Numbered from the stretch's first letter, positions 26,093 to 36,253 are shown. The stretch is DNA of 64,000 nt from Candidatus Multivoradales bacterium (GCA_965223325.1 CBDCWI010000001.1:32001-96000); one strand, 5' to 3'. The notes: generated by a model from the sequence alone, not told the origin. Program-made: numbers and translations.

Positions 26093-26884
26093 TCAGCGCG
26101 CTCCGGCCGGCGCGGAGAGACGGCGGTGCCAGGCCGCGCGCTTCTCGAGCTGGGCGAAGTCGGTCAGGTCGAGATGGAGCGGGGTGACCGAAATCACGCC
26201 GTGTTCGAGCGCATCGTGATCCGTCCCCTCGCCACCCTGCCACTCAGGGCGGCCACCGATCCAGTAGTACGAGCGCCCCCTCGGGTCCTCCTTCTCGACG
26301 ACGACTTCGCGGTAGAACCGCCGACCGAGGCGGGTCATCGACCAACCTTCGAAGTCGCCCGCCGGGAAGTTCACGTTGAGCAGGAGCGACGGCTCGAGTG
26401 GGTCCCCCAGAAGAGTTCTGACGAGCTCCGCGGCCCACTCCGCGGCGCGCTCGTAGGAGTACTCGCCACCGGTGTCTTGGCTGAACCCGACCGCCGGTAC
26501 TTCGAGCAGATGTGCCTCGAAGGCTGCTCCGAGGGTGCCCGAGTAGGTGACGTCGTCGCCAATGTTGAGCCCGGCGTTGATTCCCGAAACCACCATCTTG
26601 ATCTCGCGGTCGGCAAGTAGATGATGCAGGGCGAGGTTGACGCAGTCGGTGGGCGTCCCATCGACCGCAAAGCGACCATCAGGAAGCTCTCGCGCCCGCA
26701 GGGGATGATGCAGGGTGATTGAGTGACTGCTGCCCGACCGCTCACGATCCGGTGCCACGACCCATACGTGGGCGATCTCGGCAAGGGCATCAGCGAGCGC
26801 CGTCAGCCCTTCGGCGAACACACCGTCGTCATTCGAGAGGACGATCTCGGGCTTCTCGCCAGTCGGCATGTTCTTGCGGGTCAT
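26093..26884 (-). CDS. surE: 5'/3'-nucleotidase SurE
   Basis: SNDDG, GTPTDCV, SGINAG, YSGT. Confidence 0.97.
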   Translation of the reverse strand: MTRKNMPTGEKPEIVLSNDDGVFAEGLTALADALAEIAHVWVVAPDRERSGSSHSITLHHPLRARELPDGRFAVDGTPTDCVNLALHHLLADREIKMVVSGINAGLNIGDDVTYSGTLGAAFEAHLLEVPAVGFSQDTGGEYSYERAAEWAAELVRTLLGDPLEPSLLLNVNFPAGDFEGWSMTRLGRRFYREVVVEKEDPRGRSYYWIGGRPEWQGGEGTDHDALEHGVISVTPLHLDLTDFAQLEKRAAWHRRLSAPAGAR

Positions 26885-26996
26885 CTCGTTCTCGTTCCCT
26901 GGCGAGGTTCGCCGCTCGGCGAGCGCCTACCTGAAACTCGACATTGTTGGGTTCTGCTAGACGGGGTGCTCTTTCAGGTCGCACAACGACCTGGCT

Positions 26997-27926
26997 TCAG
27001 TTCTTGATCGCCTCGACAATATCGAGCGCCGTAGCCAGAGCGCGGCGGGCCGCGTGGCCATCTACCGCCGCGACATCTTCTCCGCCACAGGTTGCCAGGA
27101 AGCACTCGAGCTCAGCCCGCAGAGGCTCCTGCGGTTCGATCTCGAACGTCTCGGGCACAATCGCGCGCCCCAGCGCCTCCTGCGGGGCGCTCTCGAGCCG
27201 CGCTCCACTGAGACTCTGGTGTTGGTAGTCGAGCGAATAGTAGCGCTCTGAGTAGAAAGCTCGCAGTTGCCGGACACGCTCAGCCGAAACCCGTGAGGCG
27301 GTCACGTTGGCGACACACCCCGACCCGAATTCGAGCCGCACATCGGCAATGTCAATACGCGGCGACAGGACCTCGATTCCCATCGCGCGGACCTCCTCGA
27401 TGGCGGACGCGTCGAGGGCGTGGAGAATCTGGATGTCGTGAATCATCAGGTCGAGGACCACATCAATGTCGAGGCTGCGCGGGGAGAACACCGAAAGCCG
27501 ATCGATCTCGACAAACCGAGGCGTCTCTCCCACCGCCAGGAGCGCCTGAACCGCCGGATTGAAGAACTCGACATGGCCGACCGACAAAACACGGTCCCCG
27601 GCCGCGGCGAGCAGCTGATCTGCCTCCTCCAGGCTCGCCGCGATGGGTTTCTCGATCAGAACATGCACCCCGGCCTCGAGCAGCTGACATCCGAGCTCGG
27701 CGTGGTGAATGGTCGGTGCGGCGACGACCACCGCCTCGACTTCTGCTGCCAGGCTGGCAACGTCTGGGAACACCCGTGCACCGAACTCTTCGGACACCGC
27801 GCTCGAGGTCTCGGGGTTCGAATCGTAGATTCCGACCAGCTGCGAACCGTCCAAATGCGTCAGGATTCGGGTGTGATGCCGACCGAGTGCGCCAGTACCG
27901 ACAACGCCAGTGCGTAGTGTCTTCAT
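26997..27926 (-). CDS. Gfo/Idh/MocA oxidoreductase (lpxA-linked, GnnA-like)
   Basis: GTGALG, EKP, DLMIHD. Confidence 0.9.
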   Translation of the reverse strand: MKTLRTGVVGTGALGRHHTRILTHLDGSQLVGIYDSNPETSSAVSEEFGARVFPDVASLAAEVEAVVVAAPTIHHAELGCQLLEAGVHVLIEKPIAASLEEADQLLAAAGDRVLSVGHVEFFNPAVQALLAVGETPRFVEIDRLSVFSPRSLDIDVVLDLMIHDIQILHALDASAIEEVRAMGIEVLSPRIDIADVRLEFGSGCVANVTASRVSAERVRQLRAFYSERYYSLDYQHQSLSGARLESAPQEALGRAIVPETFEIEPQEPLRAELECFLATCGGEDVAAVDGHAARRALATALDIVEAIKN

Positions 27927-27999
27927 TCAGAAGATGTCCAGTGCAGAGAGTGCATGACGAGACAGGCCGATCGCGAAGGGAGACGATCGTTGGACCTCA

Positions 28000-28809
28000 T
28001 CACCCGGCGCCCCGGGCACCGCGCCGGCCGGCCTTGATGACCCCTCGCTCACTCGAGCGAATGAACTCGAGCAAGACCTCCACCGAAGGATCGCCGGCGT
28101 GGTCGCGCTCGAGTGCCTCGACGGCCTGGGTCGTGTTCAACGACGAACGCAGGAGAACCCTGAACGCCCTCTGTAGTGATCGAATCTGCGCACCGTCGAA
28201 ACCTCGCCGCTCGAGACCGATTCGGTTGACTCCGTAACACTGTGGCTTCTGCCCCACCGTCGTGGCGAACGGCAGGGCATCCATCGTCACAATGGTGTAC
28301 CCGCCGACGTAGGCGTGCTGCCCGAGTCGACAAAAGGGGTGCATCGAACTGAACGCCCCGAGCGTCGCCCAGTCTTCGACAACGCAATGCCCTCCGGCGG
28401 TGGCATTGTTGATGAACACCGTCTGATCACCGATCACGCAGTCGTGAGCGACGTGAGCGCCAGTCAAGAACAGATTGTCAGCGCCAATGGTCGTGCGGCC
28501 ACCGCCGAAGCCGGTGCCGCGGTTGATCGTTGTGTACTCCCTGAAGTGATTGCGAGCCCCGACGATCAACCAGGTCTCCTCACCCTCGAACTTCTTGTCC
28601 TGAGGATCGGTACCGACCGACGCCTGGCCATGGATCACGTTGTCGGCACCAATCTCGGACGGACCCATGACCTGAGCCTGAGGGCCAATGCGGCAGCGGT
28701 CGCCTACCTGAGTGTTGGGCCCGATGTAGGCAAAGGGCCCGACCCAGACGTCTCTTCCGAGCTCTGCGCCCGGATCGACGACCGCCGTTGGGTGAATCGA
28801 CACAGCCAT
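28000..28809 (-). CDS. lpxA: UDP-N-acetylglucosamine acyltransferase
   Basis: IHPTAVV, PQDKKF, HVAHDC, hexapeptide repeats. Confidence 0.95.
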   Translation of the reverse strand: MAVSIHPTAVVDPGAELGRDVWVGPFAYIGPNTQVGDRCRIGPQAQVMGPSEIGADNVIHGQASVGTDPQDKKFEGEETWLIVGARNHFREYTTINRGTGFGGGRTTIGADNLFLTGAHVAHDCVIGDQTVFINNATAGGHCVVEDWATLGAFSSMHPFCRLGQHAYVGGYTIVTMDALPFATTVGQKPQCYGVNRIGLERRGFDGAQIRSLQRAFRVLLRSSLNTTQAVEALERDHAGDPSVEVLLEFIRSSERGVIKAGRRGARGAG

Positions 28810-28817
28810 CCCGGTCG

Positions 28818-29273
28818 CTACCCCACCCGAACCGAGTGGCACGTCGCCTCGGCAGCGACCTCGCCGTCGACCATGGCCTTGCCCGCAAAACGCACATGTC
28901 GCGGGCGAAAGCGCAGCACGTCGATCTCGAGCCGCACCTGATCTCCCGGAACCACTGGCCGTCGGAAGCGCGCCTTCTCGATGCCCGCGAACAGAAACAA
29001 CGAGTCGGCGGCAGAGCCCACCGCCAGAATCGCCAGAATGCCGGCGGTCTGCGCCATGGCTTCAATCAGAATGACTCCTGGCATGATCGGTTTGCCGGGG
29101 AAATGACCTTCGAAGAACGCCTCGTTCGCGGTCACGTTCTTGATACCAACGATCCTCTTTTCGGGTTCGACGGAGACGATGCGGTCCACGAGCAGCATCG
29201 GATACCTATGCGGCAGGATGGATTGAATCTCGGTGACCCCGAACGGGGTTTCTGGAATCTCGAGGGCACTCAA
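28818..29273 (-). CDS. fabZ: 3-hydroxyacyl-ACP dehydratase
   Basis: LPHRYP.LLVD, GHFP..PIMPGV...EAMAQ. Confidence 0.97.
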   Translation of the reverse strand: MSALEIPETPFGVTEIQSILPHRYPMLLVDRIVSVEPEKRIVGIKNVTANEAFFEGHFPGKPIMPGVILIEAMAQTAGILAILAVGSAADSLFLFAGIEKARFRRPVVPGDQVRLEIDVLRFRPRHVRFAGKAMVDGEVAAEATCHSVRVG

Positions 29274-30328
29274 CGATCTTTCTCCTCATCTAACACGCGT
29301 TCGGCGTCTCTCTCCTCTAGAACCTTCTCGAGATGCCGTACTCGCCGGCGTAGGTCGTCGAGTCGTTGCAGCCCCACCGCCTGACGCCGCCAACCGGCGA
29401 TCGGTTGGGCGGGAATCCCGGCCACCGTCGCACCCGCCTCGACACCCTGAAACACTGCCGTCTTTGCCGCCACCTGCGCGCCATCACCAATCGACAGGTG
29501 CCCGGCGGAGCCAGACTGACCACCCATCACGACGCCATCGCCGAGGGTCGCGCTCCCCGAGATTCCCACCTGTCCACAAAGAATGCAACCGCGCCCCAGA
29601 ACGACGTTGTGCCCGATCTGCACGAGATTGTCGACTTTGGTCCCGGCGCCGATACGAGTCGCCGTCAAGGTCGCGCGGTCGACTGTCGAGTTGGCACCGA
29701 TCTCGACGTCTTCCCCCACCTCGACGGTTCCCACCTGTGGCAGCTTGATTCGCGCGCCCGCTGACTCCGCGTACCCAAAACCGTCGGCACCGATGACGGC
29801 ACCGGCATGCAGAATGGTGCGTGCCCCGAGGACCGTTCCGTCGTAGAGCGTCACATGGGGATGAAGGACAGAACCCTCGCCGAGCAGGCAACGCTCACCA
29901 ATCACGCTATGCGCTCGCACCACGACGCCGGCCTCGATCTGACTGCCTGCTCCGACGACTGCGAACGGACCGATCGAGGCGCTCTCGTCGACCGCGGCGT
30001 CATCGTCGACGACCGCGGTGGGGTGCACTCCCGCCGCCACCGAAGGCTCCGGATGAAGGTAGGCCAGGATCTTCGCCAGGCCGAGGTACGGATCTTCCGC
30101 CACCAGAAGTGGCCGGTCTGCCAACAACGGCGCAACTTCGGGTGAGACCAGAAGAGCACCGGCACGCGACACCTGGGCCGCATCGCGATAGCCCGGCGAA
30201 GTCACAAACGAGAGATGGTCGGCCTCGGCCTCAGCCAGCGGCCGAACGGCACGTATTTCCAACTCGCCCGGGCCTTCAACCCGGGCCCCGGCAGCGCTCG
30301 CCAGGTCGACCAGCCGAACGACACCCAC
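29270..30328 (-). CDS. lpxD: UDP-3-O-acylglucosamine N-acyltransferase
   Basis: DGFGY, IGAN.TVDR, TKVDNLVQIGHN; start approximate. Confidence 0.95.
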   Translation of the reverse strand: MGVVRLVDLASAAGARVEGPGELEIRAVRPLAEAEADHLSFVTSPGYRDAAQVSRAGALLVSPEVAPLLADRPLLVAEDPYLGLAKILAYLHPEPSVAAGVHPTAVVDDDAAVDESASIGPFAVVGAGSQIEAGVVVRAHSVIGERCLLGEGSVLHPHVTLYDGTVLGARTILHAGAVIGADGFGYAESAGARIKLPQVGTVEVGEDVEIGANSTVDRATLTATRIGAGTKVDNLVQIGHNVVLGRGCILCGQVGISGSATLGDGVVMGGQSGSAGHLSIGDGAQVAAKTAVFQGVEAGATVAGIPAQPIAGWRRQAVGLQRLDDLRRRVRHLEKVLEERDAERVLDEEKDR

Positions 30329-30335
30329 GCCCGCG

Positions 30336-30908
30336 TCAGTTGCCGGTCGAACCGGAGTCCGTCGCGCTCGTGCCGAGGGCGTTGTAACGCTCGACCACCA
30401 GAGCGGTGATATCGGTCGTTGGATCGGCATACACCAACCCACTCTGGAACTTGTTGAAGATCGCCGTGTAGCCGAACTCTGCACCGATCGCGTTGATGAT
30501 CGGCATCACCTCGGCCTCGATCTCCTTGAGCTCATCGAGCTGGCGCTTCTCGAACTCACGCTTCGCGTCATCCTGTGTGCGACGAAGGCGAATCTCGATG
30601 TCCTCGACCTCCTTCTGGAGATCGGCAAGCTTCTCTTGCGACAAGGTCAGGCGACCGTCCTCGAAACGCTTCACCGCCGCGTCCCGCTCGGCAAGGATCG
30701 CCTTGAGCTCAGCCTCCTTCTCGAGCTGCAGCGCTTCGAGCTCCTTGGCGACCGCCTGCGCTCGCGACGAAGACTGCATGACGGCTTCGACATCGAGAAC
30801 GGCGATCTTCTGCTGCGCCGCAGCGGGGCTCACCAAAACGGTCACGATGCCCAGCAACAGAGCAGCCAGGGCCAGAGGACGTGATGTGGAAAAGGCAAGA
30901 CGAATCAT
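30336..30908 (-). CDS. skp: OmpH/Skp periplasmic chaperone
   Basis: Signal peptide, KIAVLD, coiled coil, DIT..V; bamA-skp-lpxD synteny. Confidence 0.92.
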   Translation of the reverse strand: MIRLAFSTSRPLALAALLLGIVTVLVSPAAAQQKIAVLDVEAVMQSSSRAQAVAKELEALQLEKEAELKAILAERDAAVKRFEDGRLTLSQEKLADLQKEVEDIEIRLRRTQDDAKREFEKRQLDELKEIEAEVMPIINAIGAEFGYTAIFNKFQSGLVYADPTTDITALVVERYNALGTSATDSGSTGN

Positions 30909-31162
30909 TGTGAAAGCTCCAGGATCCCGAAGAACAAGAGCAGCACCGCGCGGGAGCGGACCACAGCGGGCGAGCGGCCAAGCCGCCCTCGGACTGGGAT
31001 CGAGACGTTGAATGGGGCCCGGCCCGATGACACACCAGCGCGCCAGGCACAGGCATAGGGCCGTTCCGGATAGTTCGCGTATGAGTCAGACATCGTATCA
31101 AGTAGTGCCGAAGTGAACCCCGGGGCACCAAGCCCCAGAGCTGCGGAGATCAAAGGGCCCAG

Positions 31163-31410
31163 GAAGGCACGATCCGCGGCGCGCGACGGGCGACCGAGGT
31201 CCTGGAAAGCAACTACAGGGCGGCCACCAAGGCAGACGGCCCACCCAACAAACGCCCGACCCGGCACATCTGATTCGACCTCGGGCACCGTCACAATCCT
31301 GAGATCAGAAACACAGTTCCAGCGAAGGCACGATCCGCGGCGCGCGACGGGCGCCCGAAGTCCTGGGAAGCTACTGCAGGGCGGCCACCAAGGCAGCCGG
31401 CCCACCCAAC
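31163..31410. repeat. Two 87-bp direct repeats (period 161) just upstream of the intron
   Basis: GAAGGCACGATCCGCGGCGCGCGACGGGCG...CCCACCCAAC at 31163-31249 and 31324-31410. Confidence 0.9.
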
Positions 31411-31420
31411 GGACCGCTTG

Positions 31421-33330
31421 GATACGCCGGGATAAACCGGCATGGAGAAAGGAATGAGAGAGTCCCACCCTCGAAGGGGTAGCGACCCAGAGGGTCCCCG
31501 AGTCATGCGCCGGCTCCCGCGAGGGTGCGGTGAAGCGTTGACAGGGGCACACACAGGCCGGGTATTGAGCCGCGAAATAAGAATTTGGGAGTGCCGACGC
31601 TGTCAAGCGAAGCGGAAGGCGAGACTCCGTAGCGCGCTATCGCGAGCTCTGCGGCGACTCCCCGCGGTCGTAGACCCTGTGCATGTGTGGAATCTCCATG
31701 CGCGAGAACCGGGAGATCCGCGATCTGGCCAGTTGGGTATCTGGTCCGCATCGGGAAGGCTAGAGGCCGTAAGCCGATGACGCACGGATGGCGGAAGTCA
31801 GACAGGCCCGTAGTACCTGCGAAGTCGTCGAACAACGGTGGGAGACCAGCGGCGGAGGCGGTGGAGGGAAGGGGCCTGGCCAAGGGGAACACGGGCAAGC
31901 AAAACGCACCCCGGACACAGAGCCGGATGGAGAGTGCGAGCAATGCGCTGGGCCGTGTACGAGAAGCCGCCCGCAGGGGCAAGGAAGTGAAGTTCACAGC
32001 GCTTCTTCACCACATCACGGTCGAGCGACTCCGGAGCGCATTTGACGTGTTGCACCGAGACGCAGCGGCAGGAGTGGACGGAGTGTCATGGAGCGAGTAC
32101 GCAGAATCTTTGCTGAGCAATCTCGAGGACCTGCACTCTCGTGTCCACCGTGGGAGCTACCGGGCGAGTGCGACTCGTCGCGTCTACATCGAGAAATCGG
32201 ATGGGCGGTTCCGACCGCTTGGCATCGCCACGTTGGAGGACAAGATCCTTCAGCGCGCCGTCGTCTCGGTGTTGGATGCGATCTACGAGGAAGACTTTCT
32301 CGGGTACTCATACGGATTCAGGCGAGGCCGCAGCCAGCACGATGCTTTGGATGCGCTATTCGTTGGAATCACAAAGCGGAAGGTGAACTGGGTGCTCGAC
32401 GCAGACATTCGTGGGTTCTTCGATGCCCTGGACCACGAGTGGCTGGTGAAGTTTCTCGAGCACCGTATCGGAGACCGTAGGATCCTTCGCCTCATCCAGA
32501 AATGGCTGAGGTCCGGAGTGATGGAAGACGGTAAGTGGCACGCGAGCACGCGGGGGACTCCTCAGGGGGCGACGATTTCGCCTCTCCTCGGGAACGTGTA
32601 CCTGCACTACGTGCTCGATCTCTGGGTCCAGCAGTGGAGGAAACGCAACGCGCTTGGGGACATGATCTTCGTGCGCTACGCGGATGACTTCATCGTTGGA
32701 TTTGAGAGGCAGGAGGAGGCAGAACGATTCCTCGAGGAACTGAACCTGCGACTCCGTGACTTCTCGTTGGAGATCCAACCCGAGAAGACGCGCCTGCTGG
32801 AGTTTGGCCGCTTTGCGGCCTACAACCGACGCGCGCGAGGTCTCGGGCGGCCGGAGACCTTCGAGTTTCTAGGCTTTACGCACTGCTGTGCGCAGTCTAG
32901 TCGAGGGAGGTTCTTGCTGAAGCGCATCACGAGCCGCCACCGAATCCGCAGGACACTGAAGGCTGTCGGTACGGCCCTTCTGGGACACCGACACTCGCCG
33001 CTACCAGAGCAAGGTCTCTGGCTGGGATCCGTGGTGCGAGGCTTCAATGCCTACTACGGCGTACCCGGCAACTCAGCGGCGTTGAACGCCTTTCGACAGG
33101 AGGTCATTCGGCACTGGATGCGCGCTCTGCGCCGACGCAGTGACAAAGACCGCACGTCCTGGAAACGGATGTGGGCCCTGGTGGCCCACTACCTACCCAA
33201 AGCCCGAGTCCAACATCCCTGGCCTGATGAGCGACTTGTCGTCAATACCTGAGGCAGGAGCCCAGTGCATTAGCAGTGCACGCTGGGATCTGTGCGGGGG
33301 GCGCCGGGCAACCGGCGCTCCTACCGCGAT
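31421..33330 (+). mobile_element. Group II intron (bacterial, possibly class E), antisense to the host operon; 5' end approximate
   Basis: Domain V GAGCCCAGTGCA...TGCACGCTGGGATC, domain VI ending CCTACCGCGAT at 33330; DI-like GAAGCGTTGACAGGGG...TATTGAGCCGCGAAA. Confidence 0.9.
31777..33252 (+). CDS. ltrA: Group II intron reverse transcriptase/maturase without endonuclease domain
   Basis: FTALLHH, RPLGI, SYGFR, DADI.GFFD, GTPQG..ISP, RYADD, FLGF, YYGVP; likely start MTHGWRKSD. Confidence 0.95.
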   Translation: MTHGWRKSDRPVVPAKSSNNGGRPAAEAVEGRGLAKGNTGKQNAPRTQSRMESASNALGRVREAARRGKEVKFTALLHHITVERLRSAFDVLHRDAAAGVDGVSWSEYAESLLSNLEDLHSRVHRGSYRASATRRVYIEKSDGRFRPLGIATLEDKILQRAVVSVLDAIYEEDFLGYSYGFRRGRSQHDALDALFVGITKRKVNWVLDADIRGFFDALDHEWLVKFLEHRIGDRRILRLIQKWLRSGVMEDGKWHASTRGTPQGATISPLLGNVYLHYVLDLWVQQWRKRNALGDMIFVRYADDFIVGFERQEEAERFLEELNLRLRDFSLEIQPEKTRLLEFGRFAAYNRRARGLGRPETFEFLGFTHCCAQSSRGRFLLKRITSRHRIRRTLKAVGTALLGHRHSPLPEQGLWLGSVVRGFNAYYGVPGNSAALNAFRQEVIRHWMRALRRRSDKDRTSWKRMWALVAHYLPKARVQHPWPDERLVVNT

Positions 33331-33347
33331 CGCCGCAAGGGTGACGG

Positions 33348-33458
33348 TAGTTTGAGGTGTGGTAACCACCCGCCGACACCACCAGATCGCACCACAGCCG
33401 CAAACCGACCCACGAAGCGGCCCGCACTACAACAACGATAAGACCACGCCTCAAACTA
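33348..33458. repeat. 16-bp inverted repeat starting at the bamA stop codon
   Basis: TAGTTTGAGGTGTGGT (33348) / ACCACGCCTCAAACTA (33443), one mismatch. Confidence 0.7.
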
Positions 33459-36014
33459 GAAACTGGTCCCAATGCTGAAATCGAAACTCTCGAAGCGCTC
33501 ACGCTCGTTGAAGCCGATATCGCCAATCGGATCGAGATTCTGCGAGTAGATGAAGCGCAGCGGCGCACCGAAGAGCGGCACATTGATGCGCAGCTCGACA
33601 CCGGCTGTGGCCCGCACGTTGTCGACGTCGAAGTCCTGATCCTCGCCGTAGACATTGCCGGCGTCACCAAACAGCACGATGCGAAACGGCCCGCTCACCA
33701 GGAAGTGATGCTCGAGGTTGAGGTGGAAGAACTTGTTGCCGCCCTGGGGGAAGCCGTTCTCGTCGAGGATCGTACGCTTGGTTTCCGGGTCGCGGACCCA
33801 GATCGAACGGAACGCATAGCCACGTAGCGAGTTCTCACCGCCCAGGAAGTATCGGTTGAGGAAGAAGAGCTCCCGATTGAGGCCCTCGTCGTCGGTGCCG
33901 AACGGCTCGATGTAGCCGATGTTCAGGTTCACGCGGCCGACCGTGCGCAGACCACGGCGCATGAGGGGTCGGGTGTACGCCAGGTTGAGGGTCGGGCGAA
34001 TGAAGTAGTCCTCTCCACCCAGGGCACCGCCGGCGTACTCAACCCCACCGCGAATGCGCAGGCCGCGAGTGGGCTCGAGCCGACTGTCGTGACTGTCGTG
34101 GACGAAGCTCAGTGAAAGCGAAGACTTGTTGAAGACGAAGCTCTGCTCCTGCACCACCGGCTCGATCACACCGTCCCCGACGGGCAGGTTGAAGGTCTGA
34201 GATCGGAAGTCCTCAAAATCCGAATTGGTGTACGAGACGCTGAAACTGTTGAAGAGACCGAATGAGCGGCCGTAGGTCAGCACGACGCCCTCTTCGTTGC
34301 GCAGGAAGCGCTGGTCGGCGAAGAGATCGAAGTCGGTGTTGCGCTTGAAGATCTGGATGCCGACGCTTTGCGGTCGATCGTTGAGCCACGGAACGAAGTA
34401 GGAAAGGTCGAAGAGCTCGCGAAAACGCCCGGTCTGGAACGAAAAGCCGAGGGTCTCACCACGGCCCAGGAAGTTCCGCGTTCTGAGCGACGCCTGGGCG
34501 AAGAACCCGTCGAGCTCGCTATAGCCACCACCGAACTGAAGCTCGGTGCGCTCGGCCTCTTGCCCCTTGACGATCAGGTCGACCTGCTTCTCGTCTGGGT
34601 CGTAGTCGAGCTCGACCGGGTCGTCCTCGTTGAGCTTGAAGTACTCGAGCTGGTTGATCTTGAACAAGCTGTTGCGCAGGGCGCCGGAGTTGAAAACCAT
34701 GCCCTCGTGAATCCGCAGCTCGCGACGCAAGACCCGGTCCTGCGTGCGCGTGTTGCCGTCGAACTCGATGCGTCCTACGCGGTACTGGTCGTTCTCCTCG
34801 ATGCGCACCATGACGTCGGCGACCAGGTTCTCGCCTTCGGCCTCACGGACCTCGGGCTCGACGCGGGCGAAGATGTACCCGGTGTTGTTGTAGAACTCGC
34901 GGATCTTCTCCACCCCGTCGTCGATCACGTCCTGGCGCAACCAGCCACCTTTGGGCTCCTTGAACACGTTGCGCAGGATGTCGTCGTTGAGGACTTCGTT
35001 GCCGTCGATGAGGATGTCGCCCCAGCGCCAGCGCTGCCCCTCATCAATCGGCAGAACCAGAGCGAGCTGGCGCTTCCGCTTCTCGAGGTCGCTGGCGTTG
35101 GGTCGTTTGGCCACCACCTCGACTTCGGGCTCACCGATCTGGATGTCTTTGTAGCCGTACTCTTTGTAGAGCGCTCGAATCGCTTCGAGGTCCTCTTCGA
35201 CGGTCGCCGGGTTGTAGACGTCGCGCTTGCGAATGCGACTGATGAGACCGGACTCTTTGGTCTTTTTCATGCGCCGGCGAAGGCGACCGTTGTCGAAGAC
35301 GTCGTTACCCTCGAACGAGATCCGCCCGATCTTGACCTTGTTGCCTTCGTCGATCGTGACCACGACCCGTACCTCGCTGGCCGAGACGTCCTGCTCATCG
35401 ACGTCGACGACGGCAAAGCGATAGCCGCGCTCGGCGTAGAGGTCTTCGATCTCGCTCTTCATGCGCGCGAGGTCGCCGCGGTTGAGCGGCAGACCTTCGT
35501 AGAGCTCGATGCGCTCTTTGTCGAGGTGGTCACCGATGTCGTTGCGACTCACCTTCTTCGAACCCTGGTAGTCGAGCGAAACGAGTAGCGGGCGCTCGAC
35601 CAACGTCACGGTGACGGCGACTCCATCGCCAGCCGGTTTCGCGGTGATGGTGATGTCATCGATGAGCTCGCGGCGCCACAGCTCGCGAATCTTGCTGTTG
35701 ATGGCCGCCGGGTCCCAGGGCTTGCCGACCTCGAGGTCGAGGTAGAAGGAGACCGACTCTTCGGCGAGCGTCTGCAGGCCCTTGTACTCGACCGAAGCGA
35801 TCGGGCGACCCACCAGATTGGCCTGGGCTGCCAGCGGCTGAGCCTCGAGTACGACGGTCGGGAAGGCGAGCACCGCAAAGGAGGCGACCAGTGCCCAGAG
35901 GATCATCAGTGCCGGACGACCCAGATTGCCGATCGGCAGAAGGGCTATCGGCACAGCCGAATTCGGCAGAGAGCGCCGGCTCGCAGCGGCCATTGTTCGA
36001 ACCTGTCGCATCAT
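33456..36014 (-). CDS. bamA: Outer membrane protein assembly factor BamA
   Basis: POTRA repeats, GN.RT.D.V.RRE, LRGY motif, C-terminal Phe; start approximate (GGAGA RBS). Confidence 0.95.
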   Translation of the reverse strand: MMRQVRTMAAASRRSLPNSAVPIALLPIGNLGRPALMILWALVASFAVLAFPTVVLEAQPLAAQANLVGRPIASVEYKGLQTLAEESVSFYLDLEVGKPWDPAAINSKIRELWRRELIDDITITAKPAGDGVAVTVTLVERPLLVSLDYQGSKKVSRNDIGDHLDKERIELYEGLPLNRGDLARMKSEIEDLYAERGYRFAVVDVDEQDVSASEVRVVVTIDEGNKVKIGRISFEGNDVFDNGRLRRRMKKTKESGLISRIRKRDVYNPATVEEDLEAIRALYKEYGYKDIQIGEPEVEVVAKRPNASDLEKRKRQLALVLPIDEGQRWRWGDILIDGNEVLNDDILRNVFKEPKGGWLRQDVIDDGVEKIREFYNNTGYIFARVEPEVREAEGENLVADVMVRIEENDQYRVGRIEFDGNTRTQDRVLRRELRIHEGMVFNSGALRNSLFKINQLEYFKLNEDDPVELDYDPDEKQVDLIVKGQEAERTELQFGGGYSELDGFFAQASLRTRNFLGRGETLGFSFQTGRFRELFDLSYFVPWLNDRPQSVGIQIFKRNTDFDLFADQRFLRNEEGVVLTYGRSFGLFNSFSVSYTNSDFEDFRSQTFNLPVGDGVIEPVVQEQSFVFNKSSLSLSFVHDSHDSRLEPTRGLRIRGGVEYAGGALGGEDYFIRPTLNLAYTRPLMRRGLRTVGRVNLNIGYIEPFGTDDEGLNRELFFLNRYFLGGENSLRGYAFRSIWVRDPETKRTILDENGFPQGGNKFFHLNLEHHFLVSGPFRIVLFGDAGNVYGEDQDFDVDNVRATAGVELRINVPLFGAPLRFIYSQNLDPIGDIGFNERERFESFDFSIGTSF

Positions 36015-36063
36015 CGTGTCTCCGCTAAGTCTTGGATCCTGGGCACTTCGGGGATCTGCGCGC

Positions 36064-36117
36064 CGGTTCTGCGCGTCGGTTCTGGGCGTCGGTTCTGGGC
36101 GTCGGTTCTGGGCGTCG
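36064..36117. repeat. 13-bp tandem repeat x4 (CGGTTCTGGGCGT)
   Basis: Read directly in the clp-bamA spacer. Confidence 0.85.
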
Positions 36118-36253
36118 GGCCGGTCGGCCTTTTCTCCGCAGCGACTGCATACACGACCACCGCCCGGCAACACGGCACAAAGCCCGGGCCCAGCGATGAA
36201 CTGCGGGGCGCCGTCGCCGCCACCCGGTGGCCGGAACGGAAAAGGTAAGAGAC

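Noticed and set aside
30905-31606. 233-aa minus-strand ORF upstream of skp
   Set aside because: Runs through the 87-bp repeats and intron domain I; composition is not protein-like
31687-33252. Retron, DGR or defence-type reverse transcriptase
   Set aside because: YADD RT with maturase region followed by clear intron domains V and VI; no TR/VR pair or retron effector seen
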